DNA of 64,000 nt from Lobosporangium transversale (taxonomy: Eukaryota), in assembly GCF_002105155.1 (NCBI RefSeq), contig NW_019029018.1, positions 62,001-126,000 on the forward strand, read 5' to 3'. Of the stretch, positions 44,316-59,403 are shown in pieces. The position numbers were made by a program, and so were the translations under genes. Every line of letters starts with the position of its first letter. Position 1 is the stretch's first letter. A model generated the notes under the pieces. The model was given only the letters and a program-made list of their open reading frames with translations. It searched no databases and was not told where the DNA came from.

Positions 44316-45439
44316 GGTGAGAATGTAGAGGGGGTTTGAAGTTTTTCGAACGAGGTGAGAGAGAGTTGAAGGAATGGAAAAAAAAAAAAAGTGTTCTACA
44401 GGGGTAGCTGTGGAGGGATCAGATTGAGATAAGGAAAAAAAGAAAAAAGAAAAGAAAGAAAATGGGAAAGGGTGGTGGATAATAAATACTTTTTTTCTTT
44501 CGCGACTAGACTTTTTAGAAGAGTTGAATGGGTGAATGGGCTGTCATCTTTTAGTTGAACTTTCAAATGCTCTTTTTACTCTTTTGCCCATGCAAAAAAA
44601 AAAACTATAAAGGTTTACTGACTTACTTTGGTAGGCTCATCAGAGAAGACTCCAAATTTACATTTTTAAACGCACGCTCTCTTTTCCCTCTACATAATCT
44701 CTTTTCTGTCTTTGCTTGGAAGGTCGCAGTCGGAGCATTGCATCAATTTATAAGAGCCCTTCTCATTGGCAGAGAGCACTTTGTTCAAAGACAAGAACTG
44801 AACGAATTGAGAAAAGCAGGGTAAAGAGGAATTTATATATCAACAAGCACAGAGCCATCTTATCTTTCTCTTTACCTTTTAATTTTACTTTTCTACTTTC
44901 TCAATTAGCAATCGGTACTGGGGCTATGGGCAATGGGCTTTGGGTAATGGGCTTTGGGCATTGGGTAATATGTATATATATAAAATGTAATATGCAAACC
45001 AACTTTCCCTTGTCTCCGCCCTTGCAAACGCCCTTGCTCATTGTTTTGATAGCCATGCGCCATTCCTGGGTAACTTGTCCAGTATATATATAATATATAT
45101 GTATATAAATATTTACAGTACTTTCAAGATGTGCACGTCATTAGAACTATACATTGACCCTACTCTAGTTTTTAGTTTGGTCCTGGCATCCCTAGGTCAA
45201 TGGTATAAAGCTTGACTGCCCGTTGCTATTTTCTCTCCTCCCCCCCCCCTACCTCCCTTTCCCTTATGCAGACACACAAATATGATGTAGAAGCGTATTT
45301 TTATTATTAGTCTAGTCTAGTCTAATTGTTTGCTGTTTTATTTTTGTTATTTTTTTTTATAAATGTGTGTTTGTGTATAAATGTGTATATGGATGTGTAT
45401 GTATATAAAAATGTGCTTGTTTGTGTGTATGTGCATGCA

Positions 45440-48400
45440 TTAGTTCTTTCGAAGTGTCCGCTGCTTCTCTGCGTGTTCAACAATTTTCTGTTCTACAAAC
45501 AGTCCCTTGCGTTTTCGAACTGCATCCATATATTTCTTGGCCACATTCTCGCGGTCCGCCTTCTCCCCCAGATCCTCCAACTCCTCAATTGTGTTCGGTA
45601 CCCAGAACGGGTCCATATCCAGAACCTCAAAGTGCGAAAAGATCAACTGAGGCGATGCTGCCCCAGATGTCCTCTTGCGGATATCATCTGCGAACCCAAA
45701 CGATTCAACCACGGGCAAAAGTGCCTGGATCGTAAAGAACGGCGTTCCCTCCTTCATCTCTTCGTGTAGGATCTTGCCTTTGCGACGCGCAATCACAGCA
45801 TACACTTTACCTAAAACATCAGCTATTAATAACATAAACAATAAGAAAAAGAAAAAAAAAAAAAAAGGGTCATTAATCTGAATTAGGAAAGAATTGCTCA
45901 GAGTCTTAAACAAGATGGACGCAATCTTTTTTTTTTTTTTTTTTTTTTTTCCTTCTTACCTGTTGCCTGAATATCACAAGAATACATCGCCAACATCAGG
46001 CGAGGACTCCATTCCAAAAAGCCTAACCTACAAGCATCCCTCATCGTCGTGATGACTTGACCACTCGTTACTGCCATCCTGGATCGACCCTCGTTACCTG
46101 TACTCTCCTGTGTATCCTCCATAATCTCAATCTCCCTCAAGAAAAAGGCCATGCCAAGCATGGGCTCACTGCACAATGGTCCAGCATTGGTCGCAATCTG
46201 GAAACCAGTCTGCACAGACTCTGCCATGTCTTGAATAGATATCGTGTTCTCCTCCTCCTCATTCTGACCGTTATTACTGTCGCTGCTACTGCTACTGTTG
46301 TTACTAGCCTTGTTACGAGTGAAATCGATGCCGAGATTGTTGATCAAAAGATTAGGTCCAACACGACGTGGTCCAAATGCCAAGATGTCCTTCTCTTTTC
46401 CTCTCCATTCTTCTCCAGCTTTAGCAAACAATGGCTTAAGTTCTGTCATCAGCTTCTCTCTCTCCTGAGCTTCCTCCTCAGGCGTCAGACGAACAGTCAG
46501 TGGTGATCCAGGTCCTCTGTTGCCGCTGCTATTCAAAGAGCTTTCGATATAGCGTTGAATCTGATCACCATGCTCAACAAGATACTGTCGAAGTTCAGCA
46601 GGAATAGGGATTGCTCTAACCGCTAGGCGCACATGTCTGTTCGGTGTCAAAGCAACAATGGTTCCTCGTGACCCTGTCTCACTCTTCGCAATCAACTTTT
46701 CGCCTTGTTCGCGAGCCTGGTAGGCTTCGTTCGCTGACATGGCGTTGGATGTTACCAATTGAGCTGGCGCATCCACAGCAGTCTCACGGAAGGGTACAAT
46801 GGGTTCACTCATAGAGATCTCGATCCTCGCAAAACGTTCTCTCAAATCTGCCATGCATCTCTGGAGATGTACCTCACCCGAGGTCAGAATAACGTGTTCT
46901 CCTGTCTCTTGGGTCAACACCTGAACTGAAGGGTCAGCCTGATTAAGCAATTGCAATCCCTTGATAAGCTCCGCCATCTGTGAAGGATTCTCGGGTTCCA
47001 AGGCCACACGAACAATCGGTGCAGCCTCGAGTCCTTTCCTGACCAGATTTTGCCCGCCCTCCCACTCTGCACTCCAAAGAGTTCCATACTTCAAAACATG
47101 TCCCTCCAGCCCTCCAATACCAAACACATTACCGGCAGGCACTTCCTCCAACCCAATCAAGTCTCGACCCATGATCATAAACAAGTTATCAACAGTCACC
47201 TCACTGCAATGAAGTGTTGGCTGTGCGGGATCATACTTTGGTCCGAGGACCTTTAGCTTTTGTCCAACACGAACAGTACCAGAATAGATTCGAGCAAATC
47301 CAATCAAAGTCTCTTTCCCTTCCAGTTCATCCGCCGCTGCCTTCTCCTCTGCCTCTGCCTGGGCTCTGTTGGCAATGATGTCGGCCACATTCACATGCAC
47401 ACCAGCCTCTCCGACCTCAGCGGCTTTGGCGCTTGCAATAAGTTGTTCTCTTTGGACCCTTCCACGCTGTCGCATTTCCTCAGCTGTCAGGGCCTTGCGC
47501 TTGTTCTTGGGCAAGACCTCCAAGGGAACACTGACCATCTTACTGACATACGCGACTACACCACTAGAGGCATCACAGTTCACCATGCCTCGCTCCCACT
47601 CCTCCACTGGTTCCGGTGGTTGTGCCTCGAATGGATGCAATAGCTTTGGCATTCGAATCTTTTGTGCTACTGGTGGTGAAGGAAGTTGTTCAACAACAGC
47701 CAACAAAACACATGTCGAAAGTGGGAGCCATTGTGAAAAGATGGTGATCAAAACAGCCCGTGTATCCCTTGATTTCAAATCTCTGGGCAAAACCTTCAGA
47801 TTGAGTGACTTTACGACCTTTTCCGTCATGTCCTTGTCTGGTGAGATGACAACGACCTCATAGACCTTCCAAACGTTTTCGAGAACCATTTGGACCGCCA
47901 GAGGTTTCAATGCCCGGCCTTTCAGGCCCTTGTATCCGATGACACGCTTGGTCTTTGGATCCAGATAAAAATCTCCCCAAAGGCACTTTCGAAGGACAGC
48001 TTCCTTCATCCCAAGTTTCTGAGCATAGATCGCTGCAAACTGATCCACTCTGAAAGCCCATCCATCGATGGCAGAAGCAAAGATGACGTTGCCCTGAGAA
48101 GGATGAAAGTAAATGTGTGAATCGTCCTGAGTTTCAACATGCCAATCCGAAAATGTGTCTTCAAGACCACTCGATGTTGATTCATCATTTCCTTGCTGCT
48201 TTTTTTTCTATTTAGAAATATCCAGTAAAGGAAATAAATAAATAATAAGTATAAAAAGGTAATGTAACATAATGGATATCGCGCACGCGACGCGATTTTT
48301 TTTTTTTTTTTTTGACATGATTACATAATCGTCATCTATAAATATATATACTGTCTTAAAATATCATGGCCTTTATAACAAATGTATCCTTACCTCTGCC

Positions 48401-48743
48401 TTTTTCCTATAATCTTCTTCCAGTACATTCTCAGAGAAGAAAGTTCCCATGACCGCATTGACCTGTTCAAGAATCTTATTCAAATGAATGTATGCTTCCA
48501 ATGGAGTAAACTGCAATTCTGTGATCAGACGATCAATCTTATTAATCACCAAGACTGGACGAACAGATTCTTTCCAAGCCTGACGTAGTACGGTGTGTGT
48601 CTAATTAAAAAGTTGTTTTTTAAAAATAAAAAATAAAAATTAGATCAACGTTTGTAATACTTGCTTAATACAAAAAGAAAAAAGAAAAAGAAAAAAAAAA
48701 AAAGTTCCTTGTTACGCGTTCATTCCATAAGCTTCTTGCCAAA

Positions 48744-48777
<34 letters not shown>

Positions 48778-49426
48778 CTACCTGAGTACACACTCCTTCG
48801 ACAGCGTCAACAAGCACCAATGCTCCATCACATAATCTCGATGCTGTTGAGACCTCTCCTGAGAAATCGACATGACCTGGTGAATCAATGAGATTGATAA
48901 GATATTCCTCCGAGACGTTCTTCTTGGCTAATAAATACATGAAGACATGATATTGGTTAAAAGGTGAGCAAGGGGGGGAAAAAAAATAAAGATAAGCAAA
49001 AAAAAAACACGCGCTTCTTTTCAAGATTATCAAAAAAAAAAAAAAAAAAAAAAAAAAGCTACCTTCTGTTGCTGGCGATTGGGCAGACTCGGATTGGACA
49101 GAGGGTTCAGGAGACGTTGGAGTATTGCTCTGATCCGTCACTGTGGAGGTGGAGGTGGAGGTAGCAGAGGCAACACGTCGCATGATTTTGAAATAGAGTG
49201 AGATCGCACTGGATTCCATTGTGATACCGCGCTCCTGTTCATCCTCTCTCGAGTCCAGATATCGGATTTTGCCTGCGAGCTTTGAGGAGATAATGCCATT
49301 GGAGGCAAGGAGGGAGTCTGAAAGAGTCGTTTTGCCGTGGTCGACATGGGCAAGGATACAGATGTTGCGGACATGGTCCTGGTTGGCTTGTAGCCGAATG
49401 AGGTCTGACTCTGGGATTGAAGGCAT
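45440..49426 (-). CDS. RIA1: Elongation factor-like GTPase 1 (60S maturation)
   Basis: [45 protein letters not shown]-terminus [10 protein letters not shown] typical of EFL1; several GT-AG introns. Confidence 0.95.
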
Positions 49427-49810
49427 TTTTATTTAATTTTATTTTTAAATTTGAAATGAGAAATTCAGAGCAGTAAGAAAATAAGAAAAAGAGAAGAGTG
49501 GGAAAGAAAGGTTCAGAGAATGTATTTTTTCTTTTCTTCTTTGTGAAAATGAAATATATAATATAGAGTATTTATTGAAAATGAATGTCAACAATAGAAC
49601 AATGGAACCATTGGAGTTTTTATTGACAATGCAGGTAATGCAAGGTGGGAAAACTGTGGAGAGAAAAAAAGAGACTGCGGTCCGCAGGTCTGTCCGCAGC
49701 AAAAAAAAAAAAAAAAAAAACAATTGTGACTGTCTGGCCTGTTCTCTTTTTGGGGTCCCTGCCCTGACAACATTGTTTATTGTTTAAATGTTCTTAAACA
49801 TCATTGAGCA

Positions 49811-51668
49811 ATGATCCCCTTCTTGTGTTCAACTTCTAGAGCTTCTGGAGCAAGGACAAGAGGAGGATGTCTCGTTCACATGAAACGTCCCCTGCCGCTC
49901 ATGCGGCTCATTCAGTCACACCATGCCTTCAGTTCTTCATGCCACCTTCATACGACAACAACAACAACAACAACAATAGTAACAAAAGTACCATATCGGA
50001 CCTCAAGTTCCCGATCTACACGGTTTCAGACAACCCCATTATGCTCTTCAATATCACCTTCTGTTCCCAAACTATATAACTCACGTTTACTTTTGTCAAA
50101 ACCCAGCAACCCTTCATGTTTTCTAAGCTCCTCAGCATTGGATATTACTAATGAATCAGTAGAGCATCACCATCACTCCACAAAGGATTTGATCGGCAAG
50201 CCTTGTCCTGGATGTGGCTCACCCTTTCAGACTGATCGTCCTCAGGAGGCGGGCTATTTGACAGGAGTAGCTTCAGAGCAGACACGATCTACGAATAAGG
50301 CACCGCCCAAGTCAACAGCCCCCTCAAAAGCCGATAAACCAGACATTGATCCGAATGCAACCTCCATGTCCCATGCTCAATTTGAACAATATCTCAAAGT
50401 TCTAGATCCGAAGATCCTTGAAGAGATGGGTATCGTTACAAGCACCCCTGAGAAGAGCAGTGCAGGAACAAACACTAATCCGGACGAGGAGTCATCACTA
50501 CTTGATATGAAACCAGCAGTTGCACGGACTGGTGCTCCTTCAAGGATAGTCTGTCATCGCTGTCATTCGCTATCCCATCATAGTTCGCCCCTGGCTGATT
50601 CTTCAGTATTACCCTCGATCTATTTTCCTTCTCCTCCAGCACCCGTACCAAAGTATCTCGAAACATTAGCACAATCCAAAACTGCGACTGTTGTCCTGGT
50701 TGTAGATCTGATCGATTTCCCACTTTCACTTCCTCAGCCCATCATTCAGGAGCTACTAAAAGTTAAGCATCGGAAAAAAAGTGGCAGAACTTCCCCGGCT
50801 GACACCAAAAAGGAATACCCTGTCACACCCATCATCATCGTAGGCAACAAATTCGACGTCATGCCCCTGGGTACTCAAAAACATCAGGTCATCCGGGTTC
50901 TGCAGGACTATCTCGAAAAACATGATCTGGCGGAGAACATCCGGGCCATCCATCTGGTCAGTGCAAAGAATCCAAGTGGAGATGAAATCAGGTTGCTTTT
51001 GAAGAGCATTGGTACTGCATGGCATAAATCCGGCAAGGGTAATGTGGTCATGGTAGGAGCAGAAAACGTAGGCAAGAGTCAGCTCCTGAATGCGTTCCTG
51101 AAGGAAAGTGGTCGATGGAGACCCAATGAGCAGCAGGTTCATCAGCAAAAGTATGGTGATGAACAACAAGAACGCCAAAGGAAACTACGTATTCTTTTAG
51201 GAGAGGAGGAAGACTTTGATAATGCTGAGGATAAAGAATGGGCGGCCATGACAGGGATGAATACTATCAATTCCGATATAGACAAATATGAGACACTGTA
51301 TAAAGGCAGAGGTCAAGAAAGACTAGTCAAGTACCAGACCACAGTTTCGAATGTTCCCGGAACAACCATGGAGCGGATCAAAGTGCCGCTGAGAGTTCTG
51401 TCGAGGTTCATGGGAGCAACATTTAAAGAAGTTCAGACCAAGTGGCTAATGGATACACCCGGTATTCGAGCTAGCAGAGGTCAATTGACTAGTTGGCTGA
51501 CACTGGATGAGCTCAAAGTGACTTTGCCAAAGAAGATGCTAAAGCCAATGAGCTTTATGCTTGAGGAAGGTAAGAGCCCGTTAGTCAAAGTGAGAATTGC
51601 AGACAGTTGCGTTTATGATCAATGGACCTGGATACTGATATATGTTATCCTGCTGCTGTTGCTGTTGC

Positions 51669-51712
<44 letters not shown>

Positions 51713-52431
51713 CTGAAACAATAGGAAAGTCGTTCTTTTTAGGAGGACTTGTCAGAATAGACTGTATCTCCATTGGAAACCCAGCAGGGGAATCTAACAC
51801 ATATGCTACCCAGAATGTGAATGATCCTCCTTCAGGATCCGAAGACATGTCATCTGTCCAAGGGGATACAGCACCTCGCCAACGAGGATCCAATCCTATG
51901 CCCAAGATTACAGTATTCACTACACTACCTCTCCACAAGACTTCAATCGCTTCTGCGGATAAATTCCTACAAAAGACATCACAGGGCGAGTTGACGGCTT
52001 TGCAGCCCCCATTTGGGAGTGTAGAACGTCTATTAGCATTTCCTGGATTAAAACCAATCTCTGAAAAGGATATAGTGATCATTAACCAGAACAGTACACA
52101 GATAGATCCGGAGAGGATGACCGCTCGAGAAGTTGAGAATGCGACGCGTCAGCTGTGGGGACAACGCGGGATCTGTGATATAGTCTTTTCTGGCATTGGC
52201 TGGGTCATGATCTCTGGTAAATTCCAAGGCAAGGATCAGGCTGTGAAGCTAAAGATCTGGACACCCAATGGCCAGGGAGCCATGATCCGGGATATGTGTC
52301 TCTTACCGGATCTGGCAGCCAATCCTGTAGACAAATCTGCTGGAGGCATTCGACAGAAACAAAAGGTCTTTATGCCTCTACCCAAGAAGGATTCATCGGA
52401 GCCTATAATTTCTGCAGACGAGAACGAATGA
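49811..52431 (+). CDS. Mitochondrial circularly permuted GTPase, YqeH/NOA1/Gep3 family
   Basis: Presequence-like N-terminus, CPGCG...CHRCH zinc finger, NKFD (G4), SAK, GAENVGKS (G1), PGTT, DTPG, DIVFSGIGW; intron ~51570-51724. Confidence 0.88.
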
Positions 52432-52559
52432 AAGATTAGGGATGTAAAATAATAAAAATACTAATCATTCTCTAAGATGTCGTCTGTACCATGTGAGTGG
52501 TATTTTAAATCATCGTGAATCCTGTCCATTCTAAGTAGTCTTTTTGGATGGCTGCTATT

Positions 52560-53560
52560 CAAGGAATACTAACCAATTCCGCTAAATCAAGACAGATTTG
52601 GAGAACCAAACAGTCGCCGTTCCAATAACTTCAGCCTATCGGCTCCTATTCTCACTGGACATATATAAACACCAGATTTATGCATATTTTTATATTTTCG
52701 ATATTTTCTATTTATTGACTGGTGTTCTCTATTCGCTTCTTGAGTGCCACGAAAGCCATGATCGTAGCCTGCAGATGTCTTAAAGCAAGGATACAAGCGA
52801 GAAAGCTGTGTTTACCTCAAATCTCTTTCTCATATTAGAGCGTGTCTACCGCCATAAATTGCTATCCTTCTGCAATTCCCACCATTTGGATAATAACAAG
52901 AATGCTTTTCATATCACCTTCGTCTGACTCTTCGAGCCGAGAATTAAGACTAACTCCAAGGGTTCGCAGGGTACCGCTTCGGAAGGGTACCAAAGAGAAA
53001 CCGGCGATCATTAAATGGTAATTCTGGTACTGACACTAATTGACCAGGATAACGCCTGAGGGAAGGGCGACAATGGTGGTGTAAGAGTTTTGGGGGACTT
53101 CGATTGAACAAGGTGAGCGGAGAATTTTATTGAAAGGGCTGTTCTTGAAATGTATATGGAAATTGTCTGGAAAATATGGGCGGAATGTGATGATCGTGTG
53201 GTATCTCTCACAGATCCTTTGATCATCCTTTATCAACTGAAACGCTAACCCCATAACTTCTTTCTTTCATCTTCATGCCATCGTCGACGCCGCTTGAAAT
53301 AGCCTTCATTGATGCAGTCCCTGTCCTTATCGTTCGTAGAGTCGTATATAATCTCCATTCTTTGCCTTTCATCCTCATGGCCAAGGTGCCTTAACAGGGC
53401 TGCAGTATCCATGAGGATGTATGGGTCCTGAAGATCGATACTGGGATCTGACTCTACAACGTCTTCGGCAAGGCAATCATCATCTCCATTCATTTCTTCA
53501 AGTGAAGACTTACGGTCTGGCGCTTGTAGAAGGTTTCTTGTAAACATCCTGCTCTGTAAT
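52560..53560 (-). pseudogene. Decayed coding-like sequence of unknown family
   Basis: Chain of short minus-strand ORFs with protein-like composition, broken by stops and frameshifts. Confidence 0.25.
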
Positions 53561-56500
53561 TCATTTTGAATACAGCTATTATCCCAGCATCAAGAGGCTG
53601 TGTCTTGCTTGTGGAATTTGCAGGGGGGGGGCTTTTGGTTGTGCTAAATTACATGCTCAGGGATGGACTAGGCCGGGCACCTCGACTATAGTGAGTCCCG
53701 CACGGGGCTATGCGAGATGTTCTCAATAAGCTTAAGACTCAAGAACAAAAGTTGTTTTTATTATTGTTGCCAGGCAGGAGCCATTTGTTTGGGTTCTGAG
53801 CTCTCGACGGCCCGGATAATCTCGATGGGTTGAAGTTCGCACTGGTACGGTGGAGTCTTGAGAATTTCATGGCCGCCCACAGTCTCACCTCTTTTTCTTG
53901 GGCTTTCTTTGATCGAGCTTTTGGTCCTTTAGATGGCCAGGCATACACGCTATCCTTGACGGATTTGCCTTCAACTATTTTTATTGTTGTTGAAATCACC
54001 ATAATAAACAACGAATGCTGTAAATATAACCATAATTGGTTTCCTTCCTGCTTCGTTTATGACACTGCCACCACCACTTTGCACCCAACGTCTTGCTACA
54101 GCATGGTCGATGTGGCAGTAAGATTCGTCTAAGAAGAAATCACTTGAGGTAGGCTGTCCGGAACGCGACATTCTCCTTGGAATCGTTTAAGAAGCTTTGT
54201 CGGATCCCTTTGTCCCAATACAAACCTCATTTTATGAAGGTCGCGAATGATCGGCCTTGCTGGCCCTTTCCCCCCCCCCCCCCTTTTTTTTTCTCTTCGA
54301 TCTGTTCGTTTGACAAGAATGGATTAAAATCGAGGGAGTATTGAGGAAGGGGTCCTGACTCGTTTCTAGGAGGAGTGATCCATTGATACTCTGCGGGTGA
54401 TCTAGGGAGGAGACTCGAGAGGCAGAGTATTGATAACCAAAGGGGGATGAAAGGTACTTTTGCTACTTGAAGAACGAGAATGAAGTTGAGAATGAGAGAA
54501 TGAAGTGAATGTGAGAGATCGGGAATGTTCGTTACTTTTTGCTCTGCAGATTTTTTTTGCGGCGTACGTGATACACGTAAAAAAAAGTTTCGTTTTATCA
54601 CGTTCATTATTTTTTACGCGGCGGAACTTCAGTAAAAAAAAAAAAAAAAAAAAAAAAATCGCTATAAGGAAATCATGATGAAAGGATGTTGGATAGTGGA
54701 AAGTCGGGTCACCAGATATGATGAGCAAGCGTTATGCAAAAAAGAGTACAGCCCCCATAAGAGATCATTGAAGTCATATCTTCGAGGCGAAGTGTACATG
54801 ATCTTGTAACCATTGCTTGGTATATTCTCCATCGAGCCTGATTAACGACTAATGTTTACAGGTTATGGAGTGATCCGGGGATAACTCTTTCTTTTTCCCG
54901 CTGTTTTCATGGCTAGCAGTAAACAACATCCTCTCAAAAAGTGGAAACATCTATTATCGATGATCAATCCACCTTGAAAGTCACTTTATCGATCCTAACC
55001 CTCGCACTTTAGAAGCCTGTTACTCCAGTTGTTCTTGCAGATAAGCATAAAGCCAGTTGTCCTTGCTTTGTTACAAGCAAAAGTAGAGCCTTCCTGCAAG
55101 GGCTTGTTCTGCACGTTATTTATTCCAGGCGACTATCCATTACGAGGAAAAAGTTTTTAGGTGACTTATTTCCCCCCTGCATGATGAAACTCCTTAGACA
55201 GACTATTCAGATTTGATCCTCATGAAAAACCCCATACGCCACTGAATATCCATATCATGTCAGCTCCTGCTTTCGCTATGGGTGTATATTATATATTTGT
55301 ATATTTGCATAACAATACTACTTTGATGGGATCGTTGGAGTGACTCCTTTTTAGAACGAAAATACATTCATGTTGTCCATTGTGAAATTATGGAAGAATG
55401 AGTAATGAAATAAAAAAAGAATTCATTAAAAGAAATCGCTTTTGCAACATGCCCAGGCTCATGTTGTCAGTAAACAACAAAAATTCCATCTTTTTGATCC
55501 AGCGAACACTGTATTCTACCGATCGATATTGGCAGAGTAACAGAGAAACTCGACAGTCCAGCAACTTCACAACTGCATCAAGAACTAGAGATGATTGTAT
55601 GATGGGAAATCAAAAAAAAAAAAAAAAAAAAAAAAAAAATTCATCCGAGAACGATAACTCCTTTGATTTTAATAACGCGCTTCACGGCGAAGTCAATAAA
55701 AAAAAAAAAAAAAAAAAAAGAAAAGCATTCACTGAAATTCATGCGACAGCCGGATCCTTCGGATGCAGTCACCATCAGCCACCACCTGAGCGAAATAAAA
55801 AAAAAAAAGTCTACTCAGTTTATTACCTTCATCCCATCTATAAAATATATACCCATCTTCCTCCTCATCGTCTCTGCCTCCAGATTCAGTTTAGTGGCAG
55901 ATTTAGATCCAGATCTTTATCCAGATACAGTTGTATTCGGGGTGTATAAGACATATTTAAAAAGTTCTCCTAATCCTGAGGTGGGTCTGTCAACAACCCA
56001 TACTTCTGCTGTTGAACTTGGTGGGATGGAGGGGACAAAAATGACGGCAGTAGCAACGTTCTTTCCATGTATTGGGTCGTAATAGGGTCTTAATATGTAG
56101 ATCAAATTATATACCAAAAGGAAAAAAAAGGATCATAGACCTGGATTAGTCAATGTAAGAACGTTATATGCATATATATGTATACAAGTATATTATATAT
56201 GATATACATGTATGTACGGTGTGGCATTTCACTTTAGACAAGTCAAGTAAAGTAAAAAAAAGAAACTTGCCCTTGCATTTTGTCTTTGTTCTTTTTATTC
56301 GGCGAAAAAGAAGAAGTGAGGATGGTTTTTGATTCCGATTTCTCCCTGGTGGTCAGCAATTGACAATGCAACCAACCTTATTTGAATTGAATTGAATTGA
56401 ATACAATGGGAAAAAAAGGCTTCCCATTCCCTCAAATCAAAATGCAAAAAAGATTGATGCAATCAGAACCATGCCCGCGCGTGTCACACTCCCTCTTTTT

Positions 56501-56772
56501 TCTTTTTTTTACTTTTCACACGTCCAAGACAAGACAAGGCGGGCACCTTTTTAATTCTTTTTGGTTAGCATCAATCCATCCTACACTCTTCCTTCTCCTC
56601 CTCCTTCTTCTTCTTCTTCTTCTTTTCCTTTCTTTCTTTCTTTTCTCTTTCTCTCTCTCTCTCTCTCTCTCTGACTTTCTTTTCTTTTCTCTCTACAATC
56701 CAAAAAGAACCCTTCTCATCATCTTCTTCTCTTCAACTCCTTTCATTCCTTTTCGACAAAAAATAAATAATA

Positions 56773-59372
56773 ATGCCTTTCGATTCCAAGGTTCCAGGTG
56801 TCACTATTCTCGGCAAGGTGAAGCCCGAGCATGCGTCCGAGATCCTCACTCCTGAGGCCCTTCAATTCGTCGCTACCTTGCACCGCACCTTCAACCCCAC
56901 CCGCAAAGCTTTGCTTCAGAAGCGTGTTCTTCGTCAACAACAGATTGATCAGGGAATCCTTCCCGATTTCTTGCCAGAGACAAAGGCTATCCGTGATGAT
57001 GTCTCTTGGCGTGGTGCTGCCCCTGCTCCAGGTCTTGCTGACCGCCGTGTTGAGATCACTGGACCAGTAGACCGCAAGATGGTCATCAATGCTCTCAACT
57101 CTGGTGCTGCCACCTTCATGGCTGATTTCGAAGGTAACATTAACATTAACATTAACAACAACAACAATAGCAATAACAATGACAATAACAATACATTTAT
57201 ATGTAAAAAGAAGAAGAATAAGAAGAAAAAAAGGGTCATTCGGAAATATCGGGAGAATATCGATATATCAGTTAGGATTATTGGGACAGATCCGTATCTT
57301 TATTGTTTTCCATGAAGCATGAAGCCTCACATCTGGGAAGAAAGAGAAATTGAAGGTTGAAGAAGGGTAGGGTCCAAAGGGGGAGTAGAATAAAAGAAAA
57401 AAAAAAAAAAAAAAAAAAAAATATCGGAACATGAGAAAGGAAAGGATAGTGTGTCGTCATTTGAGCACACGCGAAATTACACCTCTGTTTCTTTCCTCCT
57501 CTTTGGGAATGTGTGAGTGTCTGCAGGATGTTTAAAGTGAAGTGTAATGCCAATCCTATCCCACCCAACCCATCCCCGCAAAATCTTGGCGAATCAGGAA
57601 CGAGCCCATTACCGAGCAGGACGTGGGAGGGGAATGCAAAAGACTAAGTGTCTGGGAAAAATAGAACAAGTGTAAACTTTGAAAATAATGTGTCCGTGAC
57701 GCCAGTGATGCAAAGCCAAAAAAAAAAAAAATGTGTAATGTGTAATATGAAGGAGAGAATGAAGGAAGGGACCGTGGGCGGAATATTTTGGATCGTTTTC
57801 ACGTGCCAACAGATGAGAGTGACTGAATGGACTCACTTCACTCATTCCCCTTTCCTCTCTTGACTATTGGCCCTCCTGTGCCATATCCATCCGAATTTTT
57901 GCAGATCAATTAATTTTTTTTTATTTATATTCTAACAATGGGGTCTTGTAGATTCAAACAGTCCTACTTTCGACAACAACCTCTCTGGTTTTGTCAACAT
58001 GAAGGATGCTATCCACCAGCGTCTTTCCTATACCGCCCCTAACGGCAAGCAATACAATGTCCGCAAGGATGGAAAGGTCGCCACCTTGATCGTCCGGTAA
58101 TTATCGTTGATCACGTTATTTATTTATTTTACTTTATCTTTTTTTTATATTAGTACCGGAATAACCTTTCCAACATTAAATATCTCACATTCCTATTTTT
58201 TTTTCTTTTTCTTTTTCCTTCTTCCTTCTTCCTTAACAGTCCTCGTGGATGGCACTTGGAGGAGAAGCACGTCTTGATCGACGGAGAGGTCACCTCTGGA
58301 TCATTGTTCGATTTCGCTCTCTACTTCTTCCATAACGCTAAAAAGTCGGTCGAGATCGGTATTGGCCCATACTTCTACCTCCCAAAGATGGAGTCCCATC
58401 TTGAGGCTCGTCTCTGGAACGATGTCTTCAACCTTGCTCAGGATTACATTGGTATGCCCCGTGGTACCATCCGTGGAACTTGCTTGATCGAGACCATCAT
58501 GGCTGCCTTTGAGATGGAGGAGTTCATTTACGAGTTGCGTGAGCACTCTTCTGGTCTCAACTGCGGTCGCTGGGACTACATCTTCTCAGTCATCAAGAAG
58601 TTGCGTCAGGATCCCAAGTACGTTCTCCCCGATCGCTCTGATGTCTCCATGACCACTCCCTTCATGGATGCCTATGTCCGTCTCTTGATCAAGACCTGCC
58701 ACAAGCGTGGTGTTCACGCCATGGGTGGTATGGCCGCACAGATCCCCATCAAGAACAACGAGGCTGCTAACAAGGCTGCCATGGATAAGGTCTACAACGA
58801 TAAATTGCGTGAGGTCAAGGCTGGTCACGACGGTACCTGGGTCGCTCACCCCGAGCTTGTCAAGATCGCCCTCAAGGTCTTTAACGAGCACATGCCTCAG
58901 CCCAACCAGTTGCACATTCGCCGTGATGACGTCCATGTCACTGCCAAGGACTTGCTCAACACTCACGTCCAAGGAGGCAAGATCACTGAGGTCGGTATCC
59001 GTGCTAACGTCTCGGTCTCATTGATGTACATGGAGGCCTGGTTGCGTGGTGCTGGATGTGTCCCCATTCACAACTTGATGGAGGATGCCGCAACAGCAGA
59101 AATCTCACGCTCTCAGCTCTGGCAATGGGCTAGGCATCAGGCAAAGACCGACAAGGGTGTCACTATCACTCCTCAGTACCTCTTGAAGGTCTTGGATGAG
59201 GAGGTTGACAAGTTGGCCAAGGAGATGGGTGAGCAGCGCTTCAAGGCATCAAAGATCCTTCAGGCCAAGAAGCACCTCTCAGGACAGATCACTGGCAAGG
59301 ACTATGCTGACTTCTTGACCACCCTCTTGTATGAGGACATTGTTGTCTATGATGATGTTAAGGCCAAGATCT

Positions 59373-59374
<2 letters not shown>
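56773..59374 (+). CDS. MLS1: Malate synthase (glyoxylate cycle), peroxisomal
   Basis: [48 protein letters not shown]-terminal AKI (PTS1-like); introns ~57134-57951 and ~58097-58240. Confidence 0.97.

Positions 59375-59403
<29 letters not shown>

Noticed and set aside
51622..51724. Poly-Leu/poly-Val apparent transmembrane segments in the GTPase ORFs
   Set aside because: (GTT)n repeat lies inside a GT-AG intron (~51570-51724)
53640..54460. GC-richer intergenic stretch checked for tRNA/ncRNA
   Set aside because: No cloverleaf, A/B boxes or recognisable ncRNA motif by eye; a covariance-model scan would be needed
59372..59398. Poly(A) directly at the malate synthase stop, suggesting a retrocopy
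   Set aside because: The gene has introns and such A-runs are ubiquitous in this window
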